DNA of 64,000 nucleotides from an uncultured Candidatus Binatia bacterium. GTDB lineage: Bacteria > Desulfobacterota > Binatia > Bin18. The translations under genes and the position numbers were made by a program. Where the stretch lies: contig OZ243961.1 in NCBI GenBank assembly GCA_965214605.1, positions 3,744,001-3,808,000 on the forward strand. Direction: 5' to 3'. The notes under the pieces are model-generated. The model was not told where the DNA came from. It worked only from the letters and a program-made list of their open reading frames with translations, and searched no databases. This document shows positions 41,255-51,030 of this stretch, one piece after another (within the stretch, counting starts at the first letter, position 1; each line of letters opens with the position of its first letter).

Positions 41255-42177
41255 TGGAAGAGCAGGACACGGGGGCTATCGCGGCGAGCGACACCTGCGC
41301 GGACGCGTTTCTCAACTACATTACGGTCGAGAAGGGTTTGGCAAAAAATACCATCCACGCCTATAGCCGTGATGTGGGTGAGTTTTGTCAATATCTGGAC
41401 AGTCAGGGGATTGATGATCTGCGACAGGCCGGCCCACGGCATGTGATCGGTTTTCTGACCAGCATCCGCGAGCGGGGGCTGGCGGCGCGCAGCCAAGCCC
41501 GGATACTCACCGTTCTCAGAGGCTTATACCGTTTTTTACAGCGCGAGGAACTCCTCCCCGGAGCCGACCCGACCGCTCATCTCCCGCTACCCAAAATTGG
41601 CCAGCGTCTGCCCCATACTCCGTCTCAAGCTCAGATTGACGTGCTGCTCAACGCCCCAGACACCTCGACCCCGCTCGGTATCCGCGACCGGGCCATGCTT
41701 GAACTTCTGTACGCTACCGGTCTGCGCGTTTCCGAACTGGTCAATTTAGACCTCAGCCAGCTCAATCTTGAGGCTGGTTTTGTCCGCGTCCGGGGCAAAG
41801 CCGGACGTGAGCGCGTGGTTCCGCTCGGTTCGCAGGCCAAGGCGAAAATCGACGTCTATCTCGACCAGGCGCGGCCGGCGCTCTTAAAGCACCGGACGAG
41901 TTCCTTTGTGTTTCTCACCCGTTCCGCCAAGCCTTTAAGCCGTCAGGGATTCTGGCGGTTGCTCAAACAGTACACCAAGCGGGTGGCCGACGGCGGAGCG
42001 GTCTATCCGCATGCCCTGCGCCACGCGTTTGCGACCCATTTACTCGAAGGCGGGGCAGATCTGCGGGCGGTCCAATCTATGCTAGGCCACGTTGATATTG
42101 CCACAACCCAAATCTATACTCACCTGAGCAATGAGCGGCTGCGTGAGGTGCACCGCAAATATCACCCCAGAGGCTGA
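41254..42177 (+). CDS. xerD: Site-specific tyrosine recombinase XerD
   Basis: VEKGLAKNTIHAY, RDRAMLELLYATGLRVSEL, GK...ER.VP, HALRHAFATHLL.GGADLR, LGH...TTQIYTH...HPR. Confidence 0.93.
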   Translation: MEEQDTGAIAASDTCADAFLNYITVEKGLAKNTIHAYSRDVGEFCQYLDSQGIDDLRQAGPRHVIGFLTSIRERGLAARSQARILTVLRGLYRFLQREELLPGADPTAHLPLPKIGQRLPHTPSQAQIDVLLNAPDTSTPLGIRDRAMLELLYATGLRVSELVNLDLSQLNLEAGFVRVRGKAGRERVVPLGSQAKAKIDVYLDQARPALLKHRTSSFVFLTRSAKPLSRQGFWRLLKQYTKRVADGGAVYPHALRHAFATHLLEGGADLRAVQSMLGHVDIATTQIYTHLSNERLREVHRKYHPRG

Positions 42178-42196
42178 GGCTGCCCCTGCCGTAAGT

Positions 42197-43597
42197 TTAT
42201 TGGGCAGCCGTGTGCAGGGCTTCGAGCATGGCGTGGACGGTGGTGAGTTTCTCACGCGGTTTGCCCAAGGGCTTGCCAGCTTCGACCTCAAGCTGGTCCA
42301 GCCGCTTCCAGTCGGCAAAGGTAACGTAGCGCACGTCTCTAGCTGACAGCAGGCTAGGAAGAGCTTCGGGATCGCTGTCCAGTCCGTCCGGTAACAAGGG
42401 CACGTCTTCAAGCATCCGCCTCACACTGTCCGCCGCGTCAGGCTTATTGGTGCCCACAACACCGGACGGACCGCGTTTAATCCAGCCCGTCACGTACAGG
42501 CGCGGCACTGCCGCACCGGTTTCTTGATCGGTCACCCGTCCATTCTGGTTGGGGACGATACCGGCGCGTTCGTCGAACGGCACGCCCGACAGGCGGTGGC
42601 CTTTATAGCCGATGGAGCGAAAGATCATCTGAATCGGAAACTCCTCATAGACTCCGGTTCCCCGTGCGCGTAGAGTCCCGCTCTCATCTTTGACCAATTT
42701 ATTCTTCTCTAAACGCACACCCTCAACCCGATCGCTGCCCAGAATCTCGACCGGCGAGACAAAAAAACGGACCCGGATCTTGCGCCACCCATTGCCCTCA
42801 CCCTTCTCTATCTGTTTGGTGAGAATATCAACATTGCGCCGATGGAGGTCCGGAGCCTGGTCGAGAAATTCTTGACTGAGCTCGTCCATGACGAGATCGG
42901 GTGGGTGCACGATAAGATCGACCTGCGGGATCTGGGTCAGTTCACGAATCTCTGGATTGGTGAAGGCCGCCTGGGCTGCGCCGCGGCGGCCCAACAGAAA
43001 AATTTCTTTGACCGCACTCTTGCTCAACATCTCCAGCGCATAGTTGGTGATGTCAGTGGTCGATAACTCCTCGACCGATTTAGCCAAGATGCGCGTCACA
43101 TCCATGGCCACATTGCCGTTGCCGATCACCGCCACCCGTTCGACCTGGCTCAGGTCAAACTCCAGATCGCGATAATCTGGATGGCCGTTGTACCAGCCGA
43201 CAAAAATTGTCGCCGGGTAGCTGCCGGGCAGATCTTCGCCAGGGATATTCAGACGACGGTCCGATTCTGCCCCGGTGGCAAACAGGACTTGGTGATAGTG
43301 AGCTAGGACGTCTTTGAGAGAGACATCGGTGCCAAAGCTCACATTGCCAAAGAAGCGGAAGCGGTCTTGACCTGCGGTTTTCTCGTACTGCCTGATGACC
43401 GCTTTAATCTTCTGGTGATCCGGGGCCACGCCGCCCCGTACCAGCCCATAGGGGGTCGGCAGTCGGTCGAACAGGTCAACCGTTACCGTGTAGTCCTTCT
43501 GCCGTAACAACTCCGCCACCGCGTAAAAACCGGCCGGTCCAGAACCAAAAATAGCGACCCGGAGAGGGTTTGCCGGGCTGCCCAGTTGCTCTGCCAT
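42197..43597 (-). CDS. Ferredoxin-NADP+ reductase, FprA/adrenodoxin reductase type
   Basis: GSGPAGFY, PYGLVRGGVAPDH, FVGWYNGHP, GNGNVAMDV, GRRG, GWIKRGPSGVVGTN. Confidence 0.92.
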   Translation of the reverse strand: MAEQLGSPANPLRVAIFGSGPAGFYAVAELLRQKDYTVTVDLFDRLPTPYGLVRGGVAPDHQKIKAVIRQYEKTAGQDRFRFFGNVSFGTDVSLKDVLAHYHQVLFATGAESDRRLNIPGEDLPGSYPATIFVGWYNGHPDYRDLEFDLSQVERVAVIGNGNVAMDVTRILAKSVEELSTTDITNYALEMLSKSAVKEIFLLGRRGAAQAAFTNPEIRELTQIPQVDLIVHPPDLVMDELSQEFLDQAPDLHRRNVDILTKQIEKGEGNGWRKIRVRFFVSPVEILGSDRVEGVRLEKNKLVKDESGTLRARGTGVYEEFPIQMIFRSIGYKGHRLSGVPFDERAGIVPNQNGRVTDQETGAAVPRLYVTGWIKRGPSGVVGTNKPDAADSVRRMLEDVPLLPDGLDSDPEALPSLLSARDVRYVTFADWKRLDQLEVEAGKPLGKPREKLTTVHAMLEALHTAAQ

Positions 43598-43733
43598 GCT
43601 GTCCCTTTCGCGAAGAAGATCCTCAAGGGACGCACGCTAGCGGCTCTGGCGTAAGCAGTCAACCAGACTAGAGACATCATAGATGGGACGTGTATAATTC
43701 TCCCACCAACCGTCGCGCACCACGGAGCAAGTT

Positions 43734-44744
43734 ATGACGCAAAAACGCTGGTCCCTGTCCGTTCCGATTGAGGAAGTCTCGCTTGCCGAGCATGCAGAGG
43801 TCGCCCGCCAGGCTGAGCAGCTGGGCTATACCGACGCCTGGTCCTTAGAAGTTGACGGCACCGACTGTTTTTCCCCCTTGGCGCTGATTGGCTCGGCCAC
43901 CCAGCTGCGACTGGGAACCGCGATTGCCAACGTGTATACCCGTGGTCCGGGGACTTTGGCTATGAGTGCCGCCGGACTTGCCGAGGCAGCTCCGGGCCGG
44001 TTTTGTCTGGGGCTGGGCGCGGGCTCGCAGCCAATTGTAGAGAACTGGAATGGCGGCCAGTTCCGGCGCCCGATCAGACGGGTGCGCGAAATGGTCGCAT
44101 TTCTGCGTCGGGCGTTTGCCGGGGAACGAGTGGTATTTGAGGGCGAGACCTTCCGCGTCCAGGGCTTTCGGCTGAGTCGGCCGCCCAGCGCGCCTATCCC
44201 GATTCATCTGGCCGCCCTGCGTCCGGCCATGTTAGGCGCGGCCGGCCAGATCGGTGACGGCGCGATTCTCAACTGGCTGTCGGCCGAGGATGTCAAAAAA
44301 TCAATCGCCGTTGTCCGTAAGGCCGCCCAAAACGCGGGTCGTGATCCTGGAGCGGTGGAGATTACGGCCCGCGTGTTTGTGTGTGTCGATCCCCCCTCGC
44401 CGGAGACCGATACGGGTATCCGACGTCATATCAACACTTATCTCAACGTACCGGTCTATAAAGCCTTTCACGAGTGGCTGGGACGCGCTGAGACACTGGA
44501 ACCGATGTGGCGGGCCTGGAGCAGCGGCGACCGCAGGGCGGCGGTAGCTGCGGTTCCGCAATCGGTCATTGACGAACTCATCTTAGGCGGTTCGGCGGAT
44601 GAGGTACACGCCCACGTTAAGCGCTATATGGAGGCTGGGGTGAACACGGCTTTTTTGCAGCTTCAAAGCTTTGCCAAAGATCCGTCCGTCAAGCGTCAGC
44701 GGCTGCTCCAGGCCGTGCAGGATCTGGCCCCAGCTCGACGCTGA
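43734..44744 (+). CDS. LLM class oxidoreductase, probably F420-dependent
   Basis: AEQLGYTDAW, LGTAIANVYTR.P, GRFCLGLGAGS, PIHLAALRPAML; TATAAT at 43693-43698 upstream. Confidence 0.85.
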   Translation: MTQKRWSLSVPIEEVSLAEHAEVARQAEQLGYTDAWSLEVDGTDCFSPLALIGSATQLRLGTAIANVYTRGPGTLAMSAAGLAEAAPGRFCLGLGAGSQPIVENWNGGQFRRPIRRVREMVAFLRRAFAGERVVFEGETFRVQGFRLSRPPSAPIPIHLAALRPAMLGAAGQIGDGAILNWLSAEDVKKSIAVVRKAAQNAGRDPGAVEITARVFVCVDPPSPETDTGIRRHINTYLNVPVYKAFHEWLGRAETLEPMWRAWSSGDRRAAVAAVPQSVIDELILGGSADEVHAHVKRYMEAGVNTAFLQLQSFAKDPSVKRQRLLQAVQDLAPARR

Positions 44745-44828
44745 TAATACGGTGAACGCGTAGGCGGTGGTCATGATCGCTTGCCTTGTCGAATCTGCAC
44801 CCCAGCTATCACACAAGAGGCTGTTGTT

Positions 44829-46517
44829 ATGAAGGCGAATGATACTCCTGCTGACTTTATCCGCGAGATTATCGACGCTGACCTCAGGGCCAACAAAAAT
44901 AACGGCCGAGTGGTGACCCGCTTTCCACCCGAACCGAACGGCTATCTGCACATCGGCCACGCCAAATCCATCTGTCTCAACTTTGGTATTGCAGCCGAAT
45001 ATAAAGGTGTGTGTCACCTGCGGTTTGACGATACCAACCCGACCAAAGAAGATCTTGAGTACGTAGAGTCTATTCAAGAGGACGTCCGCTGGCTGGGCTT
45101 TGACTGGCAGGATAAATTGTTCTACGCCTCGGACTACTACGAGCAGCTGTACCAGTACGCCGTGTACCTGATCACAAACGGGAAGGCGTATGTGGACAGT
45201 CTGAGTGCCGACGAGATACGCGAGTATCGCGGGACCCTGACCCAGCCGGGTAAAAACAGCCCCTATCGGGAGCGGTCTGTCGAGGAAAACCTCGGCCTCT
45301 TTGCCCGCATGCGGGCGGGCGAGTTTGAGGACGGCAGCCAGGTTGTGCGGGCCAAAATCGACATGGCCTCGCCCAATCTCAATATGCGCGACCCGGTAAT
45401 GTACCGTATCCGTCGGGCCACCCACCACCGGACTGGGGACACCTGGTGCATTTACCCCATGTACGACTTTACCCACGGTCAGTCCGATGCCATTGAGGGC
45501 ATTACCCACTCGATTTGTACGCTTGAGTTTGAAGACCACCGGCCCTTGTACGACTGGTTCCTCAGGGCGTTGCCGGTGCCGTGTTACCCGCAACAGATCG
45601 AGTTTGCCCGCCTCAACCTGACCTACACGGTGATGAGCAAACGCAAGCTGTTAGAACTCGTCACCAATCGACATGTCACGGGTTGGGACGATCCGCGTAT
45701 GCCGACCCTCAAGGGGTTACGCCGCCGTGGCTACACGCCGGAATCGGTCCGCCATTTTTGCGAGCGCATCGGTGTGGCCAAGCGCAACAGCGTAGTTGAC
45801 ATGGCTATGCTCGAACACCACGTGCGGGACGATCTCAATAAACGCGCCCCCCGGGTTATGGCCGTGCTGCGCCCGCTGAAGGTCGTCATTGACAATTATC
45901 CGGCTGGCCGTGTCGAACAGCTCGACGCAATCAACAATCCCGAGGACCCCAGTGCCGGTACCCGTCAGGTACCGTTTTCGCGGGTGCTCTACATTGAGCG
46001 GGATGATTTTCGGGAAGATCCGCCCCGCAAGTTTTTCCGTCTTGCGCCCGATCGTGAGGTCCGGCTGCGTTACGCCTACATTATCAAGTGTGTTGAGGTG
46101 ATCAAAGACGACAGCGGCAACATTGTTGAGCTGCACTGCACGTATGATCCGGAGACCCGTAGCGGGGGAGCGGCCGAGGGCCGTAAAGTCAAAGCGACCC
46201 TGCACTGGGTATCGACCGCCCACGCCCTCCCGGCCGAAGTGCGGCTATACGACAGTCTGTTCACCAAGCCCGATCCAGCCAATGTCGAAGAGGGACATAG
46301 CTACACCGATTTTCTAAATCCAAACTCGCTGGAGGTGCTGTCGGCGTGTCAGCTTGAGCCCAGCTTGGCCGGGGCGGAGATTGGCAGTCGCTATCAATTC
46401 GAGCGCCTGGGCTATTTCTGTGTTGATCCAGATTCGGTTGAGGGGAAGCTGGTCTTTAATCGGACGGTGACCCTACGGGACACGTGGGCAAATATTCAGA
46501 AGGCTGGCAAGGGCTAA
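44829..46517 (+). CDS. glnS: Glutamine--tRNA ligase
   Basis: [62 protein letters not shown]. Confidence 0.97.
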   Translation: MKANDTPADFIREIIDADLRANKNNGRVVTRFPPEPNGYLHIGHAKSICLNFGIAAEYKGVCHLRFDDTNPTKEDLEYVESIQEDVRWLGFDWQDKLFYASDYYEQLYQYAVYLITNGKAYVDSLSADEIREYRGTLTQPGKNSPYRERSVEENLGLFARMRAGEFEDGSQVVRAKIDMASPNLNMRDPVMYRIRRATHHRTGDTWCIYPMYDFTHGQSDAIEGITHSICTLEFEDHRPLYDWFLRALPVPCYPQQIEFARLNLTYTVMSKRKLLELVTNRHVTGWDDPRMPTLKGLRRRGYTPESVRHFCERIGVAKRNSVVDMAMLEHHVRDDLNKRAPRVMAVLRPLKVVIDNYPAGRVEQLDAINNPEDPSAGTRQVPFSRVLYIERDDFREDPPRKFFRLAPDREVRLRYAYIIKCVEVIKDDSGNIVELHCTYDPETRSGGAAEGRKVKATLHWVSTAHALPAEVRLYDSLFTKPDPANVEEGHSYTDFLNPNSLEVLSACQLEPSLAGAEIGSRYQFERLGYFCVDPDSVEGKLVFNRTVTLRDTWANIQKAGKG

Positions 46518-46576
46518 GGGAACGGGCAAGGGGTGACACGAGTGCCCCAGTCCCACGTGATGGGAGGGCGTTGCCA

Positions 46577-47422
46577 GTGGAAAAAAACATCCTGTGTCTC
46601 ACCGCCGCCTGTCGCCAACTCGGTCTTTGCTTTGACTACATTGATCAAGACCACAATGTCGTCAGGATAATCCTCAACGGCGCAGCTTACTATTTTCAGC
46701 TCAACCGGACGCCGTTCAACGCTGAATCGGTGGCCGGAATCTGCAAAGACAAGTACCACACCTATCGCCTGCTCAAAGACTGCGTCCGCTGTCCCAAAAC
46801 CCTGTCCTTTCTGAGCTATCGGGTCGATGAGCGATACACAGACTATCTCCAATACCACTCCGCCCCCGAAATTGTGGCCGTTGTTGAGGCTGAACTCAGG
46901 TATCCGCTTATTATCAAAAGTAACAGCGGCTCCTTTGGTTCAAACGTTTTTCTGTGCCAACAGACTGATGATACGCAAACCGCTATTGAGAGAATTTTTG
47001 ATAAAAACTCCCATCTGTACGATTACATTGTGTTAGCCCAAGAGTTTATCCCGACCAGACAAGAGTATCGGCTGGTGTGCTACAAACAGACTCCAGTCCT
47101 GGCCTACACGCGTTCTGCCAACCCATCCACGTTTAACGCTCGCTATTGGGAAAGCGCCTCAGGGAGCGCCGCGACCCTAATCGGACAAAACGAACTCATA
47201 GACGAGCTAGGCGCCTTTGTCCGCCCTGTCTACAGAGCACTGGCTCTCGGCTTTGTCGGCTTTGATATTGTCCGCTCTGTTAACAACCGGCTTTATCTGT
47301 TAGAGCTCAATTCCGGGCCGCGTTTTGACCATGTCATCCATACCAACGGCCCAGGACCGGTCATCGCCATGTACAAGGCGGTTTTGTCAGCCTGGATGGC
47401 TGACAAATCGAGAGTGCTCTAG
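46577..47422 (+). CDS. ATP-grasp domain protein (RimK-like)
   Basis: ICKDKYHTY, YPLIIKSNSGSFGSNV, LAQEFI, EYRLV, GFDIV, LLELNSGP; GGAGG RBS before the GTG. Confidence 0.82.
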   Translation: MEKNILCLTAACRQLGLCFDYIDQDHNVVRIILNGAAYYFQLNRTPFNAESVAGICKDKYHTYRLLKDCVRCPKTLSFLSYRVDERYTDYLQYHSAPEIVAVVEAELRYPLIIKSNSGSFGSNVFLCQQTDDTQTAIERIFDKNSHLYDYIVLAQEFIPTRQEYRLVCYKQTPVLAYTRSANPSTFNARYWESASGSAATLIGQNELIDELGAFVRPVYRALALGFVGFDIVRSVNNRLYLLELNSGPRFDHVIHTNGPGPVIAMYKAVLSAWMADKSRVL

Positions 47423-47660
47423 CCTCCTCGACGGCCGGGGCTGATGCTTTGAGCGCCATGGCGTCAGCACGTCCGGTTTGCGCTTGCTGACGCGAGGAGG
47501 ATGTCCTTCAAGTCGAGTTTCCTCATTTGTTGTCGTCTTTGCCACCGCTCAAGCGGTACGAGCACCACAGTGCCGGAGCTTCTCGGCGCGCTGCTTGAAC
47601 AGGCTCACTTGCACGAGCCCCTGGGGGCCTAGGCTTCCCTCTTGGCTCATTGAGAGAGCT

Positions 47661-48178
47661 ATGGATACCCGGAATACCCCCCTCAAGTTATCAACCTCTG
47701 ACCTCAGCTTCGACAACCGCCCGACTCGGAAACCGACAAGTACCCTCGGCGAGGCTGACCGAGCCTGTTGCTTGCGGCCCGCGTAGCCCAACCCGGCTGC
47801 TTACCTGCGCCTGAGAAGTTGCCTAGGAACTCGGCTTGACCCATGCCGATTGCGAATCGGACGCGTTTGTTCCGGTCTTTTGCGGCGGCCGGGTATGGCC
47901 ACCCCTATGCCGTGTGTTACAGTGGCCACTGGTTTGGCGGCTGGGTCGGGCAGCTTGGAGGCGGCTGGATGATAAACCTAGGGGAGATTGTCAACCGTAA
48001 TACTGGGTCGTACAGTTCAAAGCTGCCGGCCCCAGGCCGTATTCTCGCCGACGGCAATCCTAAACCCGAGCCGTGGTGTGTCGAGTTACCTCCCCCCTCC
48101 CCATTGATCCGTTGTGGGAATCTTCAGCTCTTTGCCGTAGCACAAGTTGAGGGAGACCTGGATGAGGAGACTTTCTGA
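47661..48178 (+). pseudogene. selO: Degraded protein adenylyltransferase SelO/YdiU
   Basis: Across frames: LSFDNR; VAQPRLL..*EVA*ELGLTHADCESDAF; PYAVCYSGHWFGGWVGQLGGG.MINLGE (cf. GHQFGxWAGQLGDGRA); QFKAAGPRPYSRR (cf. LQLKGAGxTPYSR); GNPKPEP, VCRV, SPLIRCGNLQLF (cf. SFIRFGNF). Stops, frameshifts and deletions. Confidence 0.85.
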
Positions 48179-49019
48179 TCAGAAAAGATTCCGGCTTCAG
48201 GCAAGCTTCGAGAAGTTGTTAATAGGTCCATTGAAGCGGCGGGTTCTGTTTTTGGCGTAGTGGCGGTGAATGTTGACAATCCATAATTGCGTTCTCTTGA
48301 TCGACGGGTTCATCTTTGCGGACTGCTACAGCGTAGAGATCCAAGAGTTGAAAATCATACTTCCCCAATCGAACCAACTCCGCAGTTTATACAAGGTATT
48401 GGCCTAAACTGAGCCCGTATTCTTGTCGCGGCGCTGGCCATGCGAAGGCCTCTGGGAGGCTAGCGCTTGTGCTGTTACGGTCGCTTGTGTCCAAGGGGAT
48501 GAGATTAACTCGGCCACAGATTGTTAGCGATATGGAGAGAGGGACCCTGCGGATCGAGGTCAAAGTTGACTTTAGCCTGCTCAGACGTGGACCTGCCGCA
48601 GAGGTTTGTCGGGGCGAGATATCCATTTATGAACGCACCTGCAGGAAGCCTAGTCGTATCTCGCGATGAAGGCACCGAGACGGGACCCCTTAATGTGGGC
48701 GTACTAGGAGAGACGGGTCAAAATTCTCCGCCTCTCCCTGCTGGATCTCTGCTCTTGCTTCTGCAAACCGTACGAGAGTCATCGCTTCTCAAGAAACAGG
48801 TGAATCTCGAAAATATCGCGTTCCTAGTAATGAGTTGCTGACTCAAAAAAGGTGTTCCCAAACAGGGGACGTTCTTGACTTACGAGAATGACCTAGCTTG
48901 GAACCCGCTAAATTCGTGACCTCACACCCCCACCGGGGACCTCTCACGAGACACCCTCCGAACTCTTCTGCCATGCTCGAATAGTTTTGGACCGCGTATC
49001 AAGTGAATCAAGCGATGCC

Positions 49020-50849
49020 CTAGCGGCCGATATAATCCTCAAGCTTGGGCGTTTTGCTTTCCTGCCACAGGTCAACCAGCCGCTTGGGGATGAGTGTCGT
49101 GACCCGGTCGCGCGAGCCCCGAAACCAGTTGCTGATGTCCGGTAAGCTCCACACATAGTGCTCAAGTTCAGCCTTGACCTCGTCAACGAACTGCTGGACC
49201 GCCTCGCTGCGAACCTCCAAGCGGGACCAGTTGTTCTCGAACATTGCCCTCAGGCACTCGATAATATAGCCGATCTGACACTCGGCAAAGAAGATCCCGC
49301 TGCCTCCGTGGCCGGGCGTGCCGTTCGGACCTGGGGTGATGAACAGGTTGGGACAGTGTTCGAGCGCCATGCCCTGATAGGTTTCGAGTTTTTCGTCCAG
49401 CAGCGCGCGCACATCAGCTCCGTTGCGACCGTTGACCTGAATTGGCCACAGCACCTTGCCGGTGTCAAAACCGGTGGCGAAGACAATGATATCGACCACC
49501 TCATGGCCGTCAGCGGTGGTGATCCCGTCGGCCGTGATGCGCTCAATTGGAGTATCGGTCAGATGCACGTTCTCCCGCCGCAGCGCCTGATACCAGCCGT
49601 TGTCGAGCAACAGCCGCTTCCCGTAGGGCGGATATTGGGGCAGCACCTTTTCGACCAGATCAGGTATATCGCCGATCTGAGCTTTAATGTACTCGGTCAT
49701 CTGGCTGCGGAGTTTGTCATTGGCCGCATTCACCGAACGTTCCCGATAGGGCCAGTCGGGGTCGATTCGCAGGGTTGGGAGAATGGAGTCGCCGATCTGC
49801 CAGAACTGGCGGAAGCGGAACCATGACAGATAGGTTGGAATCTTGTCGATCAGCATCCGCTCGGTGCCCAACAGGGCTTTGCCGTACTGGGGATGCGACA
49901 GCATCCAGTGCGGGGTGCGTTGATAGATGAGTACTTCGCGGGTCTGGGGCGCAATGGCCGGCACGATTTGGTTGGCGCTGGCCCCGGTGCCGATTACCGC
50001 CACCCGTTTGTCGTTCAACTCGACCTTGTGATCCCAATAGGTGGAGTGGAACGACGAGCCTTCAAAGACATCCACGCCCTTGATATCGGGCCACTTTGGA
50101 ATCCGCAGCAGACCGGTCGCCCCGATCACAAAATTGGCGCTGATGCGCTCGGTCGAGCCATCGCTCCGACGCAGGTCAATAACCCACACCGACTCGGCAT
50201 CGTTCCAGCTCATGGTTTCGACCGCGGTGTTGCACTGCAGCCGATCCCCAAAGTTTCGGCTGGCAACGATTTCTTTGACGTATTTCAGCAGCTCGGGCTG
50301 GTGACTAAAGTGGTCGGGCCAACCCATATCGGGCGCAAAGGAGTATGAGTACAGCAGGCTGGGTGTATCCACCCGACAGCCCGGATAGCTGTTTTGCCAC
50401 CAGGTACCGCCCGGCTCGGGGTTCTTTTCGACAATCGTAAACGCCGACAGGCCGAGTTCTTCGAGCCTCAGGCCAGCCAAGACGCCGGTTACCCCGGCAC
50501 CGATAATCACGACTTTAAAGTCGGCCGGTGGGCTCAGCGGCGGGGGTTGCACCTGTGGACCGAGCCCCATCTGTTCACGCGCCATAGGGCCGTACTCAGG
50601 GGCGACCGGCATGCCGGCGGCCAGGTTCATCGCTGCTTGTAGGACCTCATCGCTTGGCGGTCCGGCCGTTTTCTGGCCCGACAGATAGGCTGGCAGCACC
50701 TCGGTCGCCTTTTGCTCAATCTGAGCGCGGTTGCGTAGATCCGGAACAGCATTCGGATCCTCGGCGAGGTGGGTTACGACTGCTGCCAGGGTTCGTCTAT
50801 CGGCCTGCTCAAGCAGGGAAGGAAGATCAATGTCAAGAGAGAGCATCAT
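49020..50849 (-). CDS. Type I Baeyer-Villiger / flavin-containing monooxygenase with N-terminal extension (HAPMO-like)
   Basis: GAGVTG, GGTWWQNSYPGCRVD, BVMO fingerprint FEGSSFHSTYWD, GTGASA, QRTPHW, ATGF. Confidence 0.92.
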   Translation of the reverse strand: MMLSLDIDLPSLLEQADRRTLAAVVTHLAEDPNAVPDLRNRAQIEQKATEVLPAYLSGQKTAGPPSDEVLQAAMNLAAGMPVAPEYGPMAREQMGLGPQVQPPPLSPPADFKVVIIGAGVTGVLAGLRLEELGLSAFTIVEKNPEPGGTWWQNSYPGCRVDTPSLLYSYSFAPDMGWPDHFSHQPELLKYVKEIVASRNFGDRLQCNTAVETMSWNDAESVWVIDLRRSDGSTERISANFVIGATGLLRIPKWPDIKGVDVFEGSSFHSTYWDHKVELNDKRVAVIGTGASANQIVPAIAPQTREVLIYQRTPHWMLSHPQYGKALLGTERMLIDKIPTYLSWFRFRQFWQIGDSILPTLRIDPDWPYRERSVNAANDKLRSQMTEYIKAQIGDIPDLVEKVLPQYPPYGKRLLLDNGWYQALRRENVHLTDTPIERITADGITTADGHEVVDIIVFATGFDTGKVLWPIQVNGRNGADVRALLDEKLETYQGMALEHCPNLFITPGPNGTPGHGGSGIFFAECQIGYIIECLRAMFENNWSRLEVRSEAVQQFVDEVKAELEHYVWSLPDISNWFRGSRDRVTTLIPKRLVDLWQESKTPKLEDYIGR

Positions 50850-51030
50850 GGCGACAGACTACAAGAGCTGGTCTGACTTGTCTAGAAAGCCGACAAGAAG
50901 ACCGCTCAGGGCTTACCAGGTGGGCTGAGAGGTGCTAGGCTCCACACAGTGCCGAGGGGGGAGTGAGGGCTGAGAGTCCGGGGCTGAACAGACTGCCCGA
51001 CCCGCGAGTTTTCGGTGGGGGGAAAAAGCT

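Noticed and set aside
41254-42177. Tyrosine recombinase as a sign of a mobile element
   Set aside because: Has XerD hallmarks, is coupled to glnD, and no att sites, cargo genes or dif site were seen
44583-45593. 336-aa minus-strand ORF
   Set aside because: Antisense shadow of glnS; no motifs, and expected from codon bias in GC-rich genes
47843-48178. 111-aa ORF as an intact novel protein
   Set aside because: It is a chimeric reading of selO pseudogene fragments
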